Positions 10,169-20,171 of a stretch of DNA of 64,000 nt are shown here, in pieces (within the stretch, counting starts at the first letter, position 1; each line of letters begins with the position of its first letter). The translations under genes were made by a program, and so were the position numbers. Under the pieces are notes generated by a model that searched no databases, had not been told where the DNA came from, and saw only the letters and a list, made by a program, of their open reading frames with translations. Where the stretch lies: sequence record ON287372.1; one strand, given 5' to 3'.

Positions 10169-10727
10169 AGTCGCCTTCTGTATAGAGTTCAACTGTTTGC
10201 GGAGATGCGGCATCGGCAGCAGGTGCATTAACCAGAGCGCCATTTTCATCTTTCAGATAACCGAAGTCCCGAAGGATAACAAACCAGTTAATCTGATAGA
10301 AGCGGTTGATATCCGTTTCCGTACCTTCCGAGTTAGCGATGCCTTCGAACATTTTTTCTTGGGCAGCTTCACCACTGGCCACCAGACGATTGCGGATAGT
10401 TGCAACCATTTGGTTCTGGGTGTTTACCGACATCGGGTTTGCAGTATAACCAGAGTTGATCGTCCCCATGATAGGCGGAACCAACCACTTAGGTTTACCG
10501 GATTCATCGAGTACGTAGACAGGCGTAGAGTAACCGCCAGCCACATCGGCTTCCCAGGCTCTCCAGGCGTTTTTGCGAATGACTTCATCGTCACTGACTA
10601 AACTTGGGAGATAGACCTGTGCAAACTTTTCTTTCTCGATCTGGGCAATAGATGCTTCGCTCCAGTTGAGAATGTCGTCGAGAAAACTGGTGTCTTCTGA
10701 CGGAATAGGAGGTGTAGTGTCAGTCAT
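10158..10727 (-). CDS. hypothetical protein
   Basis: 189-aa acidic ORF overlapping both neighbours in an operon. Confidence 0.7.
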   Translation of the reverse strand: MTDTTPPIPSEDTSFLDDILNWSEASIAQIEKEKFAQVYLPSLVSDDEVIRKNAWRAWEADVAGGYSTPVYVLDESGKPKWLVPPIMGTINSGYTANPMSVNTQNQMVATIRNRLVASGEAAQEKMFEGIANSEGTETDINRFYQINWFVILRDFGYLKDENGALVNAPAADAASPQTVELYTEGDYDI

Positions 10728-11119
10728 CTGTCAAGGATACCTGTAATTTGTTTAACCACGCCATCGAAGTGTTCAATGACCCGAGCAAAGTCGTACCGTA
10801 TACCATCTCTCAGATATCTAATTTTTAACACGACGTTGAAAGTGTCCTTACCTTCAGGCTCTTCCGACGTTGCATCTACACGAACATCGCTGAAATGGCG
10901 GCCGAACAGTTCTGTATATTGTTCTTCCATTTCTTTACAAAGTTCAGTAGGACGTTCGCTGTATTTGCGTACCATGTCGTCCAGGGAAACAATCTTACCG
11001 AAATAGATCTCCGATTGAGATGTCCGACTATAGATACTTTCACCGAATATTTCATCAGCTATGATTGTTGGGTCTTTAGTGTAACCGTACCCGTTTAATG
11101 AGGCATGTACAGTAGCCAT
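10724..11119 (-). CDS. hypothetical protein, possible gp25/GPW-like fold
   Basis: 131 aa. Its helix-then-strands pattern (LFGRHFSDVRVD...NVVLKIRY) recalls gp25-like proteins. Tentative. Confidence 0.5.
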   Translation of the reverse strand: MATVHASLNGYGYTKDPTIIADEIFGESIYSRTSQSEIYFGKIVSLDDMVRKYSERPTELCKEMEEQYTELFGRHFSDVRVDATSEEPEGKDTFNVVLKIRYLRDGIRYDFARVIEHFDGVVKQITGILDR

Positions 11120-11174
11120 TTTTAATCTAGCTCCAATAAAGAAGTTTGCTGTCCATAGAATTCGAACAAAAAAA

Positions 11175-11198
11175 GAAAGGAGGGAAACCCCTCCTTTC
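11175..11198 (-). terminator. intrinsic terminator
   Basis: GAAAGGAGGG-AAAC-CCCTCCTTTC with a long U-tract; nearly identical to 14728-14751. Confidence 0.8.
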
Positions 11199-11208
11199 TC
11201 TTGTGCTC

Positions 11209-11829
11209 TTACAGACGCTCTTTCAATACTGAAGTTGGATCAATGCCCTCTGCGATGCAATCATCGATCACATCCCAAGTTGCCAGAACATCCAGCTGTT
11301 CTTCCATGCTGATTGTCCCAACGCCCGGTACATTACAGCCACCGAAGGTATATTCACTCCACCATTCCCCTTTATCGTTTTGTTGAGCACGGCCATTGGT
11401 CGCCGCACGATAGAAGAAGTCTTCGTAACCTTTACCTTCCAGATCCCAACTACCAGGTTTACTACCCCAGGCTTCAATCGATTGGGTATCGAAACGGTTA
11501 CGGATGAATGGATACGCTAAGATCCAACGACGCATCGCCATCGGGGCTAACGCTACTTCGGTTTGATCATCGAGATACTGAATCACGTCATCGCGATACA
11601 TACCCCGTTTGGCTCGACCCAAGATACGCAACGAGGTGCGAACGGTTTCGTCATACATGGATTCAATCAACCCACGTGTACGTTGTAACCCTTCACGCGC
11701 TCGTGCAGATAATCCCCGGCTATATTCCTCTAACCGAGAATACGAACGCTCTATAGATTCACGATCCGGCATCCCAAATGCAGCTGCACGGAAAGAACGT
11801 TCATCTCCACTAATTATTGAAACTTTCAA
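11209..11829 (-). CDS. conserved hypothetical protein
   Basis: 206 aa. The TTG start abuts the stop of RNAP exon 2. Confidence 0.7.
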   Translation of the reverse strand: MKVSIISGDERSFRAAAFGMPDRESIERSYSRLEEYSRGLSARAREGLQRTRGLIESMYDETVRTSLRILGRAKRGMYRDDVIQYLDDQTEVALAPMAMRRWILAYPFIRNRFDTQSIEAWGSKPGSWDLEGKGYEDFFYRAATNGRAQQNDKGEWWSEYTFGGCNVPGVGTISMEEQLDVLATWDVIDDCIAEGIDPTSVLKERL

Positions 11830-12003
11830 TTACTTTCTCCGGTGAAGGAAGTTGTTTATCGTGGCACGGATCGGAGCACCGAGCGCCATGTTGTTGTTCA
11901 GCGAGTGCGGTTTGTTCAGATCGAACGTACCGGTATGCGGAGCCAACTTGCGAACGCGGTGATAGTCTGCCTTACTCAGGATCGGCATCCCGCCCAACAT
12001 ATC
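11830..12003 (-). CDS. exon 2 of nvRNAP beta'-like N-terminal subunit
   Basis: Not in the track. It reads DMLGGMPILSKADYHRVRKLAPHTGTFDLNKPHSLNNNMALGAPIRATINNFLHRRK*. Its first codon GAT supplies the last Asp of DFDGD. It is preceded by the intron's terminal G. Confidence 0.88.
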   Translation of the reverse strand, partial: DMLGGMPILSKADYHRVRKLAPHTGTFDLNKPHSLNNNMALGAPIRATINNFLHRRK

Positions 12004-13413
12004 CTTTTAAATTCCGCTCTCCTAAGAGAGTTTTCTTGTTTGAACACGATGACGAATTCTACCGCCCTGGACGGCTGTAGGTTCGTTTTATTTCCATTAT
12101 GCTGTCCGTGTTATCGGTATAAGTGAAAACCATACCTTCAAGCACTCGCAGCGTATTTTTAACTAATATCGTCGTTACCGCTTTCTTACTTAAACCTACT
12201 TCTTTGTAGAATGCACTGGCTGATGGGAATGTCTTCTCTCTGCCAGTTGATATCTCAAACGCATATACTTCACGACTGCCGTAATTCATTAGTCGTTCCA
12301 ATCGATCTGTTGCAAGTGTGCTGAATTCTTCCTCAGCATAGGTCACTCGGTATTTTCGATAAATAAGCGATCCCTTACTTCGATTTCGTAGCGAAACATT
12401 GACCAGCTTAGAAGTAAGGCCTTTATCTCGACATAGGTCGGATATAGACTTATATTCGGTTATCTCGTTGCTCGTCACGTCAAGTAGTTTAACCGCTCGC
12501 TTAGGCTTCCTGCCCTCGGAGTCTCGTTCAACTATTGACGCTTTCTTAAAGCCATGGGGAACGCGATCGTTTGTTGAGGCAAACTTAACTTTCCAACCAT
12601 TGAACCAACCACCAACACGAATCAAATCCCAGATATCTAAGGGATCTAGTCCAGTGTAGGCCGAACAATCGAAGACATTACGGAACGACACTCTTTCACC
12701 ATTCCACCCGTAGGCGAATATGTTGTCAAAGCTGGTACCGCCACCGAATATTGCGTAATGAATTGCATTCTCTTTAAGGGTTACCCACTCGAGATTTGAA
12801 TAGTGAGGATTACTCTTATCTAAATCACGATGGTTAACTACCATCTTCGTGAAGAAGGGTTCAGGATCGATATACGCCGCGGCCACTAATCGGTGTACAC
12901 CAAACGTTCTCCACACCCCATCGATTGGTATCGACGCAGTAGGATAGCCATCTCCATTCAGATACTGCTTTGAGATCTTCCCAGTCGAATCCTTGATGTC
13001 GCCATATGGGCTAATCATAAAACTTGGAGACGCTGGTATTGGTACCCAGTTCAAAATTCCTCCATTGTAAATCGTGTTCAAACGCCTGTTCGTTACGCAG
13101 GCCGATCTTACTGTCCAGGCAAGATCACGCGACCCTCTCGGACCGCCAGACTATATCTTCACTTGAATCGTTCAAGTGCTCCCCATTTTGACCCTCACTC
13201 GAGTGGTCTACTCTACTCACTACGTTTACCACATCCGTGTTACGTGCTTTCGATAGTCGTTGAACCTTCTCCATTTTACAGGAGCTTGGATGCTGATTGT
13301 CTCTATTAGATTGTTTTCAAGCATTCACGCTTACCGTTTCCAGTTACGTTGTAGCCAATCTACCTAGCAAGAGTTCCCAGCAGTTAAAGGAGTTTTACGA
13401 CAGCAATATACTT
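12004..13413 (-). mobile_element. group I self-splicing intron (1410 nt) with internal HNH endonuclease gene
   Basis: 5' exon ends in U (GACGGU) and pairs with IGS GCUGUC, giving a U.G at the splice site. P-like AACTGCTGGGAA, Q AATCAGCA, R GTTCAACGACTA and S AAGATATAGTCT are present. The last base is G. P10 UAUAUU/GAUAUG is possible. Confidence 0.92.
12059..13081 (-). CDS. intron-encoded HNH homing endonuclease
   Basis: 340 aa with VHRLVAAAY...VVNHRDLDKSNPHYSNLEWVTLKEN (HNH). The C-terminal region has repeats resembling NUMOD1/IENR1 DNA-binding modules. It sits after the S element. Confidence 0.9.
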   Translation of the reverse strand: MNTIYNGGILNWVPIPASPSFMISPYGDIKDSTGKISKQYLNGDGYPTASIPIDGVWRTFGVHRLVAAAYIDPEPFFTKMVVNHRDLDKSNPHYSNLEWVTLKENAIHYAIFGGGTSFDNIFAYGWNGERVSFRNVFDCSAYTGLDPLDIWDLIRVGGWFNGWKVKFASTNDRVPHGFKKASIVERDSEGRKPKRAVKLLDVTSNEITEYKSISDLCRDKGLTSKLVNVSLRNRSKGSLIYRKYRVTYAEEEFSTLATDRLERLMNYGSREVYAFEISTGREKTFPSASAFYKEVGLSKKAVTTILVKNTLRVLEGMVFTYTDNTDSIMEIKRTYSRPGR

Positions 13414-14691
13414 ACCGTCGAAGTCACAGTTTGGTGCACGTAATACCAGCAGCGATAGGCCGATAGTGTTATCGTGAACATCCCGTTTGATCTTGGTGAC
13501 GAACAGGTTTTGGATTGAACGTAAGTTCAACGTTGGGTTACGACCCAGGAGCTGAGGAAGCCCTCGTTTACCACCGATGGTAGTGAACGGAGACTCATCA
13601 ATCAACTCATCCAACAATGTTGAGATAAGCGGATTGTATTTACCTACCGAAGAAATCAGCAGGTCTTCAGAATCCTGTATCGTGAATCCACGACGAACCA
13701 GTTTACCGATGAGGTGAGTGTGATAGACGCCTAATGCAATCCCCCAAGGCATGTGCATCTCTTCGTAATCGTGAGAGCCAGCGATAGAGGTTACAACGCC
13801 ACGATATGTCGGACCAGTACGTGAGCCATAAATCTGCTTACGGAACCAGCCTTCCTTTTTACCCAAGATGTTTTTGTCGATATACTCACGATACTTCGCC
13901 AGCATCATCAGTGCACGGAATACGTGATATTCCTTCGTGACCTGATAGCGCGGCTCGTCTTTACCGACCAGGCTATAAATAGCACGGGCTGCATCGACTA
14001 CATCTGCGTAACCTTCTGCACAGAACCGAGTTTTATTACTCAGCTCGGTAATGATGGAACGACGAGATGGTAACGGGAGTACCGTCGGGAATAGAAGCTC
14101 CCTGAACTTATCGAAATACACCAGCGCTTCATTGCGGTTTGCTGACGGCTTGAAGATCTTGCTGTCTACCATGGCGCTGAGAATATCGTCGAAGTGTTCG
14201 ATGAAGTGGTTATACCCACGTGGGATATTCAGTTCTTTGAACCGACGGAATGTCGCACTGGTTTCGTTACCTGGCTTATACTTCGTGTTACACAGCCATT
14301 CGATTGCCGAGAAGTTCTCTTGGGTGAAGTTCTTCAACAGCATAACCAGAGCATTGATACGGATGAACGCATGAACTCCGTTTGGAGCACGCAGCCATAC
14401 AGAAGATTTAAACCCTCGATCGATTGGGCTCATCACTTCAGTCTGACATTTTGGACATACCGTGTTGGGGATATCGGGATCGTTCGATGAATTATACCGA
14501 CCATGAGTGTGGCCACACTCACAAGCAGGTAATGTTTCAATGAAGTCGTCGCTATACTCAGTCATGGTCAGTTCTTTTACTGGATCCGTGCCTTCGTAAT
14601 GAGCGGGGTCGATATCATTGAGGATGATTGGCGGACGAGGCAGAGCAGCAATATCCCTGTCGTAATCCGGATTTAACAGATAAACACCCAA
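13414..14691 (-). CDS. exon 1 of nvRNAP beta'-like N-terminal subunit (phiKZ gp55-like)
   Basis: Zn-binding CECG...CPKC, RNPTL and APNCDFDG. The track's C-terminus KYIAVVKLL is intron sequence. The spliced product is 483 aa. Confidence 0.9.
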
Positions 14692-14727
14692 TTACATTCC
14701 CCTCTTTTCTGAAAAGATAGAAAAAAA

Positions 14728-14751
14728 GAAAGGAGGGAAAACCCTCCTTTC
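14728..14751 (-). terminator. intrinsic terminator after chimallin
   Basis: GAAAGGAGGG-AAAA-CCCTCCTTTC with a U-tract. Confidence 0.8.
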
Positions 14752-14795
14752 TCACCCCTTGCGGGATTGATCAATTACTCACTAAACCGGAAGGC

Positions 14796-16616
14796 TTAGA
14801 AGTAATCGCTACGGCCATTACCGCGCATGCGGAACGCTTTACCGGCGTAACCGGAAGTTGCGTACTGGGATTGGAAACCACGACGGAAACGAGTATCCTG
14901 GTAGATACCGTCAGCCTGGGTAACCATGCCCACTTTCTCTGCGGCGTTGGTCAGCGCGAACAGCCACTGGGTGTTAATCAGTACTGGTACGCCGTGACCG
15001 GTGATGCGGTAGCTACCGCCGGTGAACTGATCGATGATCTCTTCCATTTTCGCCAGGCGAACTTCGATTGGCAGAGAAGAGTCGTTCTGGCAACGATCCC
15101 AGTCCTGAACCATACGCGGATCTTTCTTGCCGAAGGCAGTCACGATTGCGTAGTAGTCGATCTCGGTCAGAGAACGGATCTGGCCGCGGTCGTCAGTCCA
15201 GTCACCCAGCAGGATGACACGGTCTTGGCGTTCGCCGATGTCCAGAGGTTTGACGCGGTTCAGTTCCAGCTGAGCGCTGAACTCGTTATCAGTCAGGTTA
15301 TCGCCAGCGATTACCAGCATGTCCGCGTAAGTATCGCGGTTAGCGTTCATCGGGTCGGTTGCCTGCAGCAGCAGTTTCTGCTGTTGGGTGGTGATACCGG
15401 TTTCATCGATCAGGACGGTGACGAAGTTCTGATCCGGCTGAATAACAACATCAGTCAGGTCAGCCCACTCAACGTCATCCAGAACGTCTGGTACGTCTTT
15501 GAACTCTTCGTCCAGTTCGTAGGTCAGAGCGACCGGGGTACGCAGTTTGGCGTTATCGCCAGCAGGTTTCAGACCAGCGGTCAGAACGTTTTCGTTGATC
15601 AGGACAGGGATCTGAGCCAGCGCCAAGCACAGGTGCTCCGGAGAAGCTTCGTGCTTCATGTGGGTGATGACCAGATTTTTGCCGTAGATCTGACGAGCTT
15701 CGTCTTCTTCGCGCTGAGAACGGTAGCGAGAACGACGGGACTGACCGTCCGGGCGGCCCAGGTAGGTGACGTCAACGAAACCTTCGATGGTTGCGATGTC
15801 CATTGCGCCTTCAGCGTTTTCCAGTGCGTTAGAAACACGGTTACGCTGGCCTTTGGTTGCCAGGGATACTTCTACGGACAGATCGCGACGACGCGGACGC
15901 TCAGTGATTTCGTCGTGCGCATCACCTTGGTTGTAGATGACGCGAGAAACGAATTCGCTGCGCTGTGCATCGATTGCAGCGCCCAGGTTGAAGTGCTCGG
16001 TACGCAGCATGTTGCCCAGGTAGCCGAATACCGCGTTCACGGCGCTGATGATCAGATCTTCGCATTTCGCTTCGGTCAGCTGTGCGTTGGTGATTGCCAC
16101 CGCGCCCATCTGAACGATGTCGCCGGCCAGGTCAGGAGCTTTACGGCCGATGATTTCTGCCAGCTTGATCTGATACGCGTCGGTGAACTGATCGTTCGCT
16201 ACTGCGGAGTACTGACGTTCGCTACGGTTGCCGACTTCAACGGATTGCTTAGGCAGAGCCTGGCCACCGGTGAACAGCAGAGTCAGAGCGCAGGTAGTTG
16301 CGATGCCGCCGGTAACAGCTTTACCTACGACTACTGCCGCGTCCAGTTTCATTTTGGTTTCGCCGGAAGTTGCCGGGATAACCGCCCAGGTCAGTTGACC
16401 GCCAGCAGACAGGGCTGCTTTGTTCGCGTCGTGGTAAGCGTTGAAACGCTCGATGAAAGTGGTCAGCTCGTTACCAGATACGCCGGCTTGAACCAGTTGG
16501 CCGCTTTCGAAGATGTCCGTGTTCAGGCGACGCTGAGAATGCTGTTGATTACCCTTTGGTGCTGCAGCACGTGGAGAGTCTTGGGTTTCGTTAACGTTGT
16601 TGTCGGTCAAAGCCAT
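14796..16616 (-). CDS. chmA: chimallin, major phage nuclear shell protein
   Basis: 606 aa from ATG 16616 (RBS AAGGAG). It lies between the beta' gene and the DNA polymerase block, has high-expression codon bias, disordered termini and a chimallin-like LGDWTD...RSLTEIDY segment. Confidence 0.85.
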   Translation of the reverse strand: MALTDNNVNETQDSPRAAAPKGNQQHSQRRLNTDIFESGQLVQAGVSGNELTTFIERFNAYHDANKAALSAGGQLTWAVIPATSGETKMKLDAAVVVGKAVTGGIATTCALTLLFTGGQALPKQSVEVGNRSERQYSAVANDQFTDAYQIKLAEIIGRKAPDLAGDIVQMGAVAITNAQLTEAKCEDLIISAVNAVFGYLGNMLRTEHFNLGAAIDAQRSEFVSRVIYNQGDAHDEITERPRRRDLSVEVSLATKGQRNRVSNALENAEGAMDIATIEGFVDVTYLGRPDGQSRRSRYRSQREEDEARQIYGKNLVITHMKHEASPEHLCLALAQIPVLINENVLTAGLKPAGDNAKLRTPVALTYELDEEFKDVPDVLDDVEWADLTDVVIQPDQNFVTVLIDETGITTQQQKLLLQATDPMNANRDTYADMLVIAGDNLTDNEFSAQLELNRVKPLDIGERQDRVILLGDWTDDRGQIRSLTEIDYYAIVTAFGKKDPRMVQDWDRCQNDSSLPIEVRLAKMEEIIDQFTGGSYRITGHGVPVLINTQWLFALTNAAEKVGMVTQADGIYQDTRFRRGFQSQYATSGYAGKAFRMRGNGRSDYF

Positions 16617-16704
16617 TTTGTTGCTCCTTAAAAGCACAGTTGTTTTTTCATTGCAATGAAAGTAATTGGTTGAAGAAAGAACCACTATGGTTATCTTCAT
16701 AGTA

Positions 16705-16721
16705 GGAATATAGACGTGAAA
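16705..16721 (-). promoter_or_regulatory. early promoter variant upstream of chimallin
   Basis: TTTCACGTCTATATTCC, one change in the core. Confidence 0.65.
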
Positions 16722-16906
16722 AAAGTTTCATTTTGCCTATACTGCCTATAAATTGACTCGAACACCGTTTGGCGTTCAAGAATAGTTTGTACATATAATA
16801 GATTATACGTACCAAGCAACAATTCCGAAACGGAATAGCTACTTTTACATATCTAATGGATCGTATGTAAAAAATTACCTAACTCAATTTACCCATGAGG
16901 TAAACG

Positions 16907-18004
16907 ATGATCGAAATATTCAAAGACCTAAGGGTAGACAACATCAGGCAATACACGCCGGGTGCCATGACTCTCCTCAGGAACAATGCTCAGTCCAATC
17001 TTGTTCGTACTAAGTACTGGTACCGTAAATCTGTACACGCCGTAGAGTCAGACCATATTCTGGTTCAGGTACTCCAGCATATCTCGGCTAACTACGCTGG
17101 TAATGATGAAGACTTCTATTACCAAGTTAATAGTCAGTCAGATAAAATCATTCGTGCCCTGGGACTGAACAATGAAGTCCAGCGTTCCGGTGCCATGAGG
17201 AAGAACTCTTTCTTCCCTAAGAACGTCCGTGAGTTTATCATCTGCATCAAACGCCGCTATCCATCGAATTTGGACGTGACAGACATCTGGATGGATCTCG
17301 AGCCTATAAAGGTTATTTCCCATCCCTTTACTGATTTGACGATGCAGACTCGTAACGGAGAGGATTTCTCTGTAGGTAAAGCCGGTGCCTTCCTGGAGCT
17401 CGATATTGGACTGCTAGCGCTCCAGTATGTTAAATGGAAAGCTACGGTACAGGCATATAGCGAAGTCAAGCCTATCGTCACTCAGTTCGTTTATCAATAT
17501 CCGTTGGTGAACATGATCTCCAGTGATATCGATGTAAGCTTCTTTAACCGCTTGGCAGCAAAATGGGAAAATAAACCCATGGTCAGCCAACCCAAACGAA
17601 TTGGGTTAGCCGCCGTAGATTTGAATGGACCTGCTGATCATGTTATTGCTGAATTGACTCAGAAGCTTTCTGCTGCTAACCGGGACTTCCTGTCCCTCCC
17701 TGCGCAGATCCCATTGATCTTCTTGGACAACTTGTCACAGAAGCTCAACATTCCGGATGTGTTCTTTAACCGTCAAAACCTCGGTCTTTATACCCTTGCA
17801 TATTTCCGCTATCTAGCGTTCTTAGCTTGGGCAGGTAAAGAGACAAAGACGCAAAACAATACGCGTGTTGCTCAATACCTGGAACGACTGTACCAACGGT
17901 TAAAGAATGGTAACTACTTCTCCGGGATCGACGGAGTGGACGCTAATCGAACTCTTCAGCTACTTGAGTCCGAAGTGCTGATTCCACTTGGTCTACATCC
18001 ATAA
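16907..18004 (+). CDS. conserved jumbo-phage protein divergent from chimallin
   Basis: 365 aa, RBS GAGG, TATG late-type motif upstream. The position is conserved in phiKZ-like phages. Confidence 0.75.
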   Translation: MIEIFKDLRVDNIRQYTPGAMTLLRNNAQSNLVRTKYWYRKSVHAVESDHILVQVLQHISANYAGNDEDFYYQVNSQSDKIIRALGLNNEVQRSGAMRKNSFFPKNVREFIICIKRRYPSNLDVTDIWMDLEPIKVISHPFTDLTMQTRNGEDFSVGKAGAFLELDIGLLALQYVKWKATVQAYSEVKPIVTQFVYQYPLVNMISSDIDVSFFNRLAAKWENKPMVSQPKRIGLAAVDLNGPADHVIAELTQKLSAANRDFLSLPAQIPLIFLDNLSQKLNIPDVFFNRQNLGLYTLAYFRYLAFLAWAGKETKTQNNTRVAQYLERLYQRLKNGNYFSGIDGVDANRTLQLLESEVLIPLGLHP

Positions 18005-20171
18005 AGGCAGTGTCACGATCAATGTGGTCGAAGATGAGACGAGTCTGGTTGCTATCGAACAGATAGTAGTCCAGGCTCTCCATCACCAGATACATCGGGC
18101 TCATTGCTGAACCGATAATCTTACGTACGTCGATTGCATCCAGAATCTCTTCTGGGATGCCCATGGAGATAATGATACTCTCCGGCAACAGCAGTCGACC
18201 TACGTATCCTTTCCCTTTAGACGCTAACCATTTACGGAAGCGGTCTGCCATCTCCTGATCTTTCCATGAATTCAACCAGTTCTCTGTCTTCTTCTTGGTG
18301 TCATGCATAATGCTAAATGACAACGCAGAATACGGAGGTGGTTCGATCATCCCATATTTCGGCCCAAACACTTCTTGCCACAACTCGTAGTTAAGGTAAG
18401 GAGAGTTCTCTCCCTCGTAACCATCTTCCTCTTTTACACGAGCAGCTTTCAGGTAAGTTACTTCCCCATTACGAACTGAATCGTAAATGGAGTATTCCCA
18501 GCGAGCTATCCAGCGCAGATAACGAGAGAGATTAATCTTCTTATCGGCAGTTGCCAAGTCTGTGATTTCCTCGATGATTCTATCAAGGTCAGCACGCACC
18601 CCAGCCGGTGAGTTAGAGGCAATTAACTCCACACCTTTCTTCTCACGTTTATACTTCTTAAAGATTACCCCCTCTTGTACCGCCATGTTAGCAAAGTAGT
18701 GCTTAGCACGAGACGTAAGAGTAAAGATAGGGAACAGGTATTCGTTCTTCATTGAGAGACGGAATACTTCTTTAGGCTCTACAACACCTATGTTACCTGC
18801 CAAGCTAGCTAGGTTGTGTGTTGTGGTTTGAGATACAATGAAGCCCATAGATTCGGCTATGATGATGTTCTCATGGTTCACGCGGTTGTGGCCAGAGTAC
18901 CATTGTACCCAATCCTGTACCGTAAAGATTGCGGAGTCGGTATCTGAACCTACGCCACTACGACGGATGGAATGAGGGAAATCACAAGTCAGGAACGGAA
19001 TGTTCTTAGACATGAAGAAGACGTTGATGATTTCCTTATACTTGTCCAGCTTCTGGTAGATCTGTTTGCACGTTGTGCCCATCAGACCAAAGCCTTCACG
19101 TTGACTCACTTCCTCGTAGTCATCCCAAAGATCCTCTTCCAAGAGAATGTGTGGGAACATAACTTTCATCTGTGCGATGGTGTCATCATCTACGTGTTTC
19201 AACCACGCTTCATGATCAGGGTCGATCTCAGTAGCTGGAGTAACCAGACCAGAAATGAAGTCACGTACTAACGGTTCGTTGTATTTACGTAGGTGGTAAA
19301 GGTCGCCAGTATAAACAATACCAGCACGCTCTATATCTGTACAGCCCTCTACGTACTTACGAATTGTACGGTGAGCTGGTGAGTTAGGGTTACCGCGACC
19401 CCAATAAAGGTCACTGCCCCAACGGATAACTTCCATAACTTCATCCACTGTCGGGATATGGAGGTTATGTTTCACTACCGCCTCTTCCACTTCGTCCCAA
19501 TTACTCAGGCTGAGGATACTACTGATGTTGTTCATGACAACTTCAGGTTTCCAGTAGTGACGGTTACCGGACAACAGACGATCGTCATTGGAGTTAGCAC
19601 TACCGTTAGCAATACGACAGCATGAGGTCAACACAGGGTGAGTACTGCGGTCATGTAACGGGCTGTGCTCAGAACGGTGGTTACCTGAGATGGCGTTGTT
19701 CAGGATCTTTTTGTTGTTCTGGTTGTTCTTGTGGAACGTAGCTTTAAATCCGTTACCTTTACGCTCGGCTTCAAACATCAAGTGTTTCTCAGCGGAACGT
19801 TTACTCAAGTTTCCCTTGATGTATTCCGAAAGCAAAGATTGTTTAATGTGCGGAGGTAGCACGGTAGTGAAAGTCGGCGCCAACAACCAGCCGTTAGTTG
19901 TTACGGTTTCGATGTATTTCGTGAAAGGTACGGCACGAGGTTTTTGATCCAGCTCGTCATCGCGTTCCAGGAGTAAGAAATCCGGGTCTTTCATCTTGTT
20001 TGGGCCGTTGAACAACTCTTCACGTACAAAGGCCTCACACTGCTCCATAGGCATACCAGTGGACTTATGAAGCATTAATGTATTCTGTTCGATGTATCCA
20101 GTGATAACATCGATGTTGCGTTTGTAATGGGACGCCGGACGGTTAAACGGGTTATTGATATCAGCGGACAT
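17943..20171 (-). CDS. family B DNA polymerase, polymerase-domain subunit (phiKZ gp50-like)
   Basis: 742 aa with motif B KKILNNAISG, motif C GSDTDS, RAKHY and KGVE. No exonuclease motifs or DxxSLYP were seen, consistent with the split polymerase of this group. Confidence 0.88.
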   Translation of the reverse strand: MSADINNPFNRPASHYKRNIDVITGYIEQNTLMLHKSTGMPMEQCEAFVREELFNGPNKMKDPDFLLLERDDELDQKPRAVPFTKYIETVTTNGWLLAPTFTTVLPPHIKQSLLSEYIKGNLSKRSAEKHLMFEAERKGNGFKATFHKNNQNNKKILNNAISGNHRSEHSPLHDRSTHPVLTSCCRIANGSANSNDDRLLSGNRHYWKPEVVMNNISSILSLSNWDEVEEAVVKHNLHIPTVDEVMEVIRWGSDLYWGRGNPNSPAHRTIRKYVEGCTDIERAGIVYTGDLYHLRKYNEPLVRDFISGLVTPATEIDPDHEAWLKHVDDDTIAQMKVMFPHILLEEDLWDDYEEVSQREGFGLMGTTCKQIYQKLDKYKEIINVFFMSKNIPFLTCDFPHSIRRSGVGSDTDSAIFTVQDWVQWYSGHNRVNHENIIIAESMGFIVSQTTTHNLASLAGNIGVVEPKEVFRLSMKNEYLFPIFTLTSRAKHYFANMAVQEGVIFKKYKREKKGVELIASNSPAGVRADLDRIIEEITDLATADKKINLSRYLRWIARWEYSIYDSVRNGEVTYLKAARVKEEDGYEGENSPYLNYELWQEVFGPKYGMIEPPPYSALSFSIMHDTKKKTENWLNSWKDQEMADRFRKWLASKGKGYVGRLLLPESIIISMGIPEEILDAIDVRKIIGSAMSPMYLVMESLDYYLFDSNQTRLIFDHIDRDTAFMDVDQVESALRTQVAEEFD

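Noticed and set aside
11817-12126. Two short plus-strand ORFs over the intron end
   Set aside because: They are antisense to exon 2 and the intron 3' end.
13384-13413. Track C-terminus KYIAVVKLL* of the beta'-like ORF
   Set aside because: This is intron P1/IGS sequence; the true C-terminus is exon 2.
11175-14751. Near-identical 24-nt hairpins flanking the beta' gene as possible mobile-element ends
   Set aside because: They are ordinary terminators of a GGAGGG/CCCTCC family found across the window. There is no target duplication or recombinase.
14871-16631. 586-aa plus-strand ORF opposite chimallin
   Set aside because: Antisense shadow of a gene with strong codon bias. It has no RBS or motif and is nearly co-terminal with chimallin.
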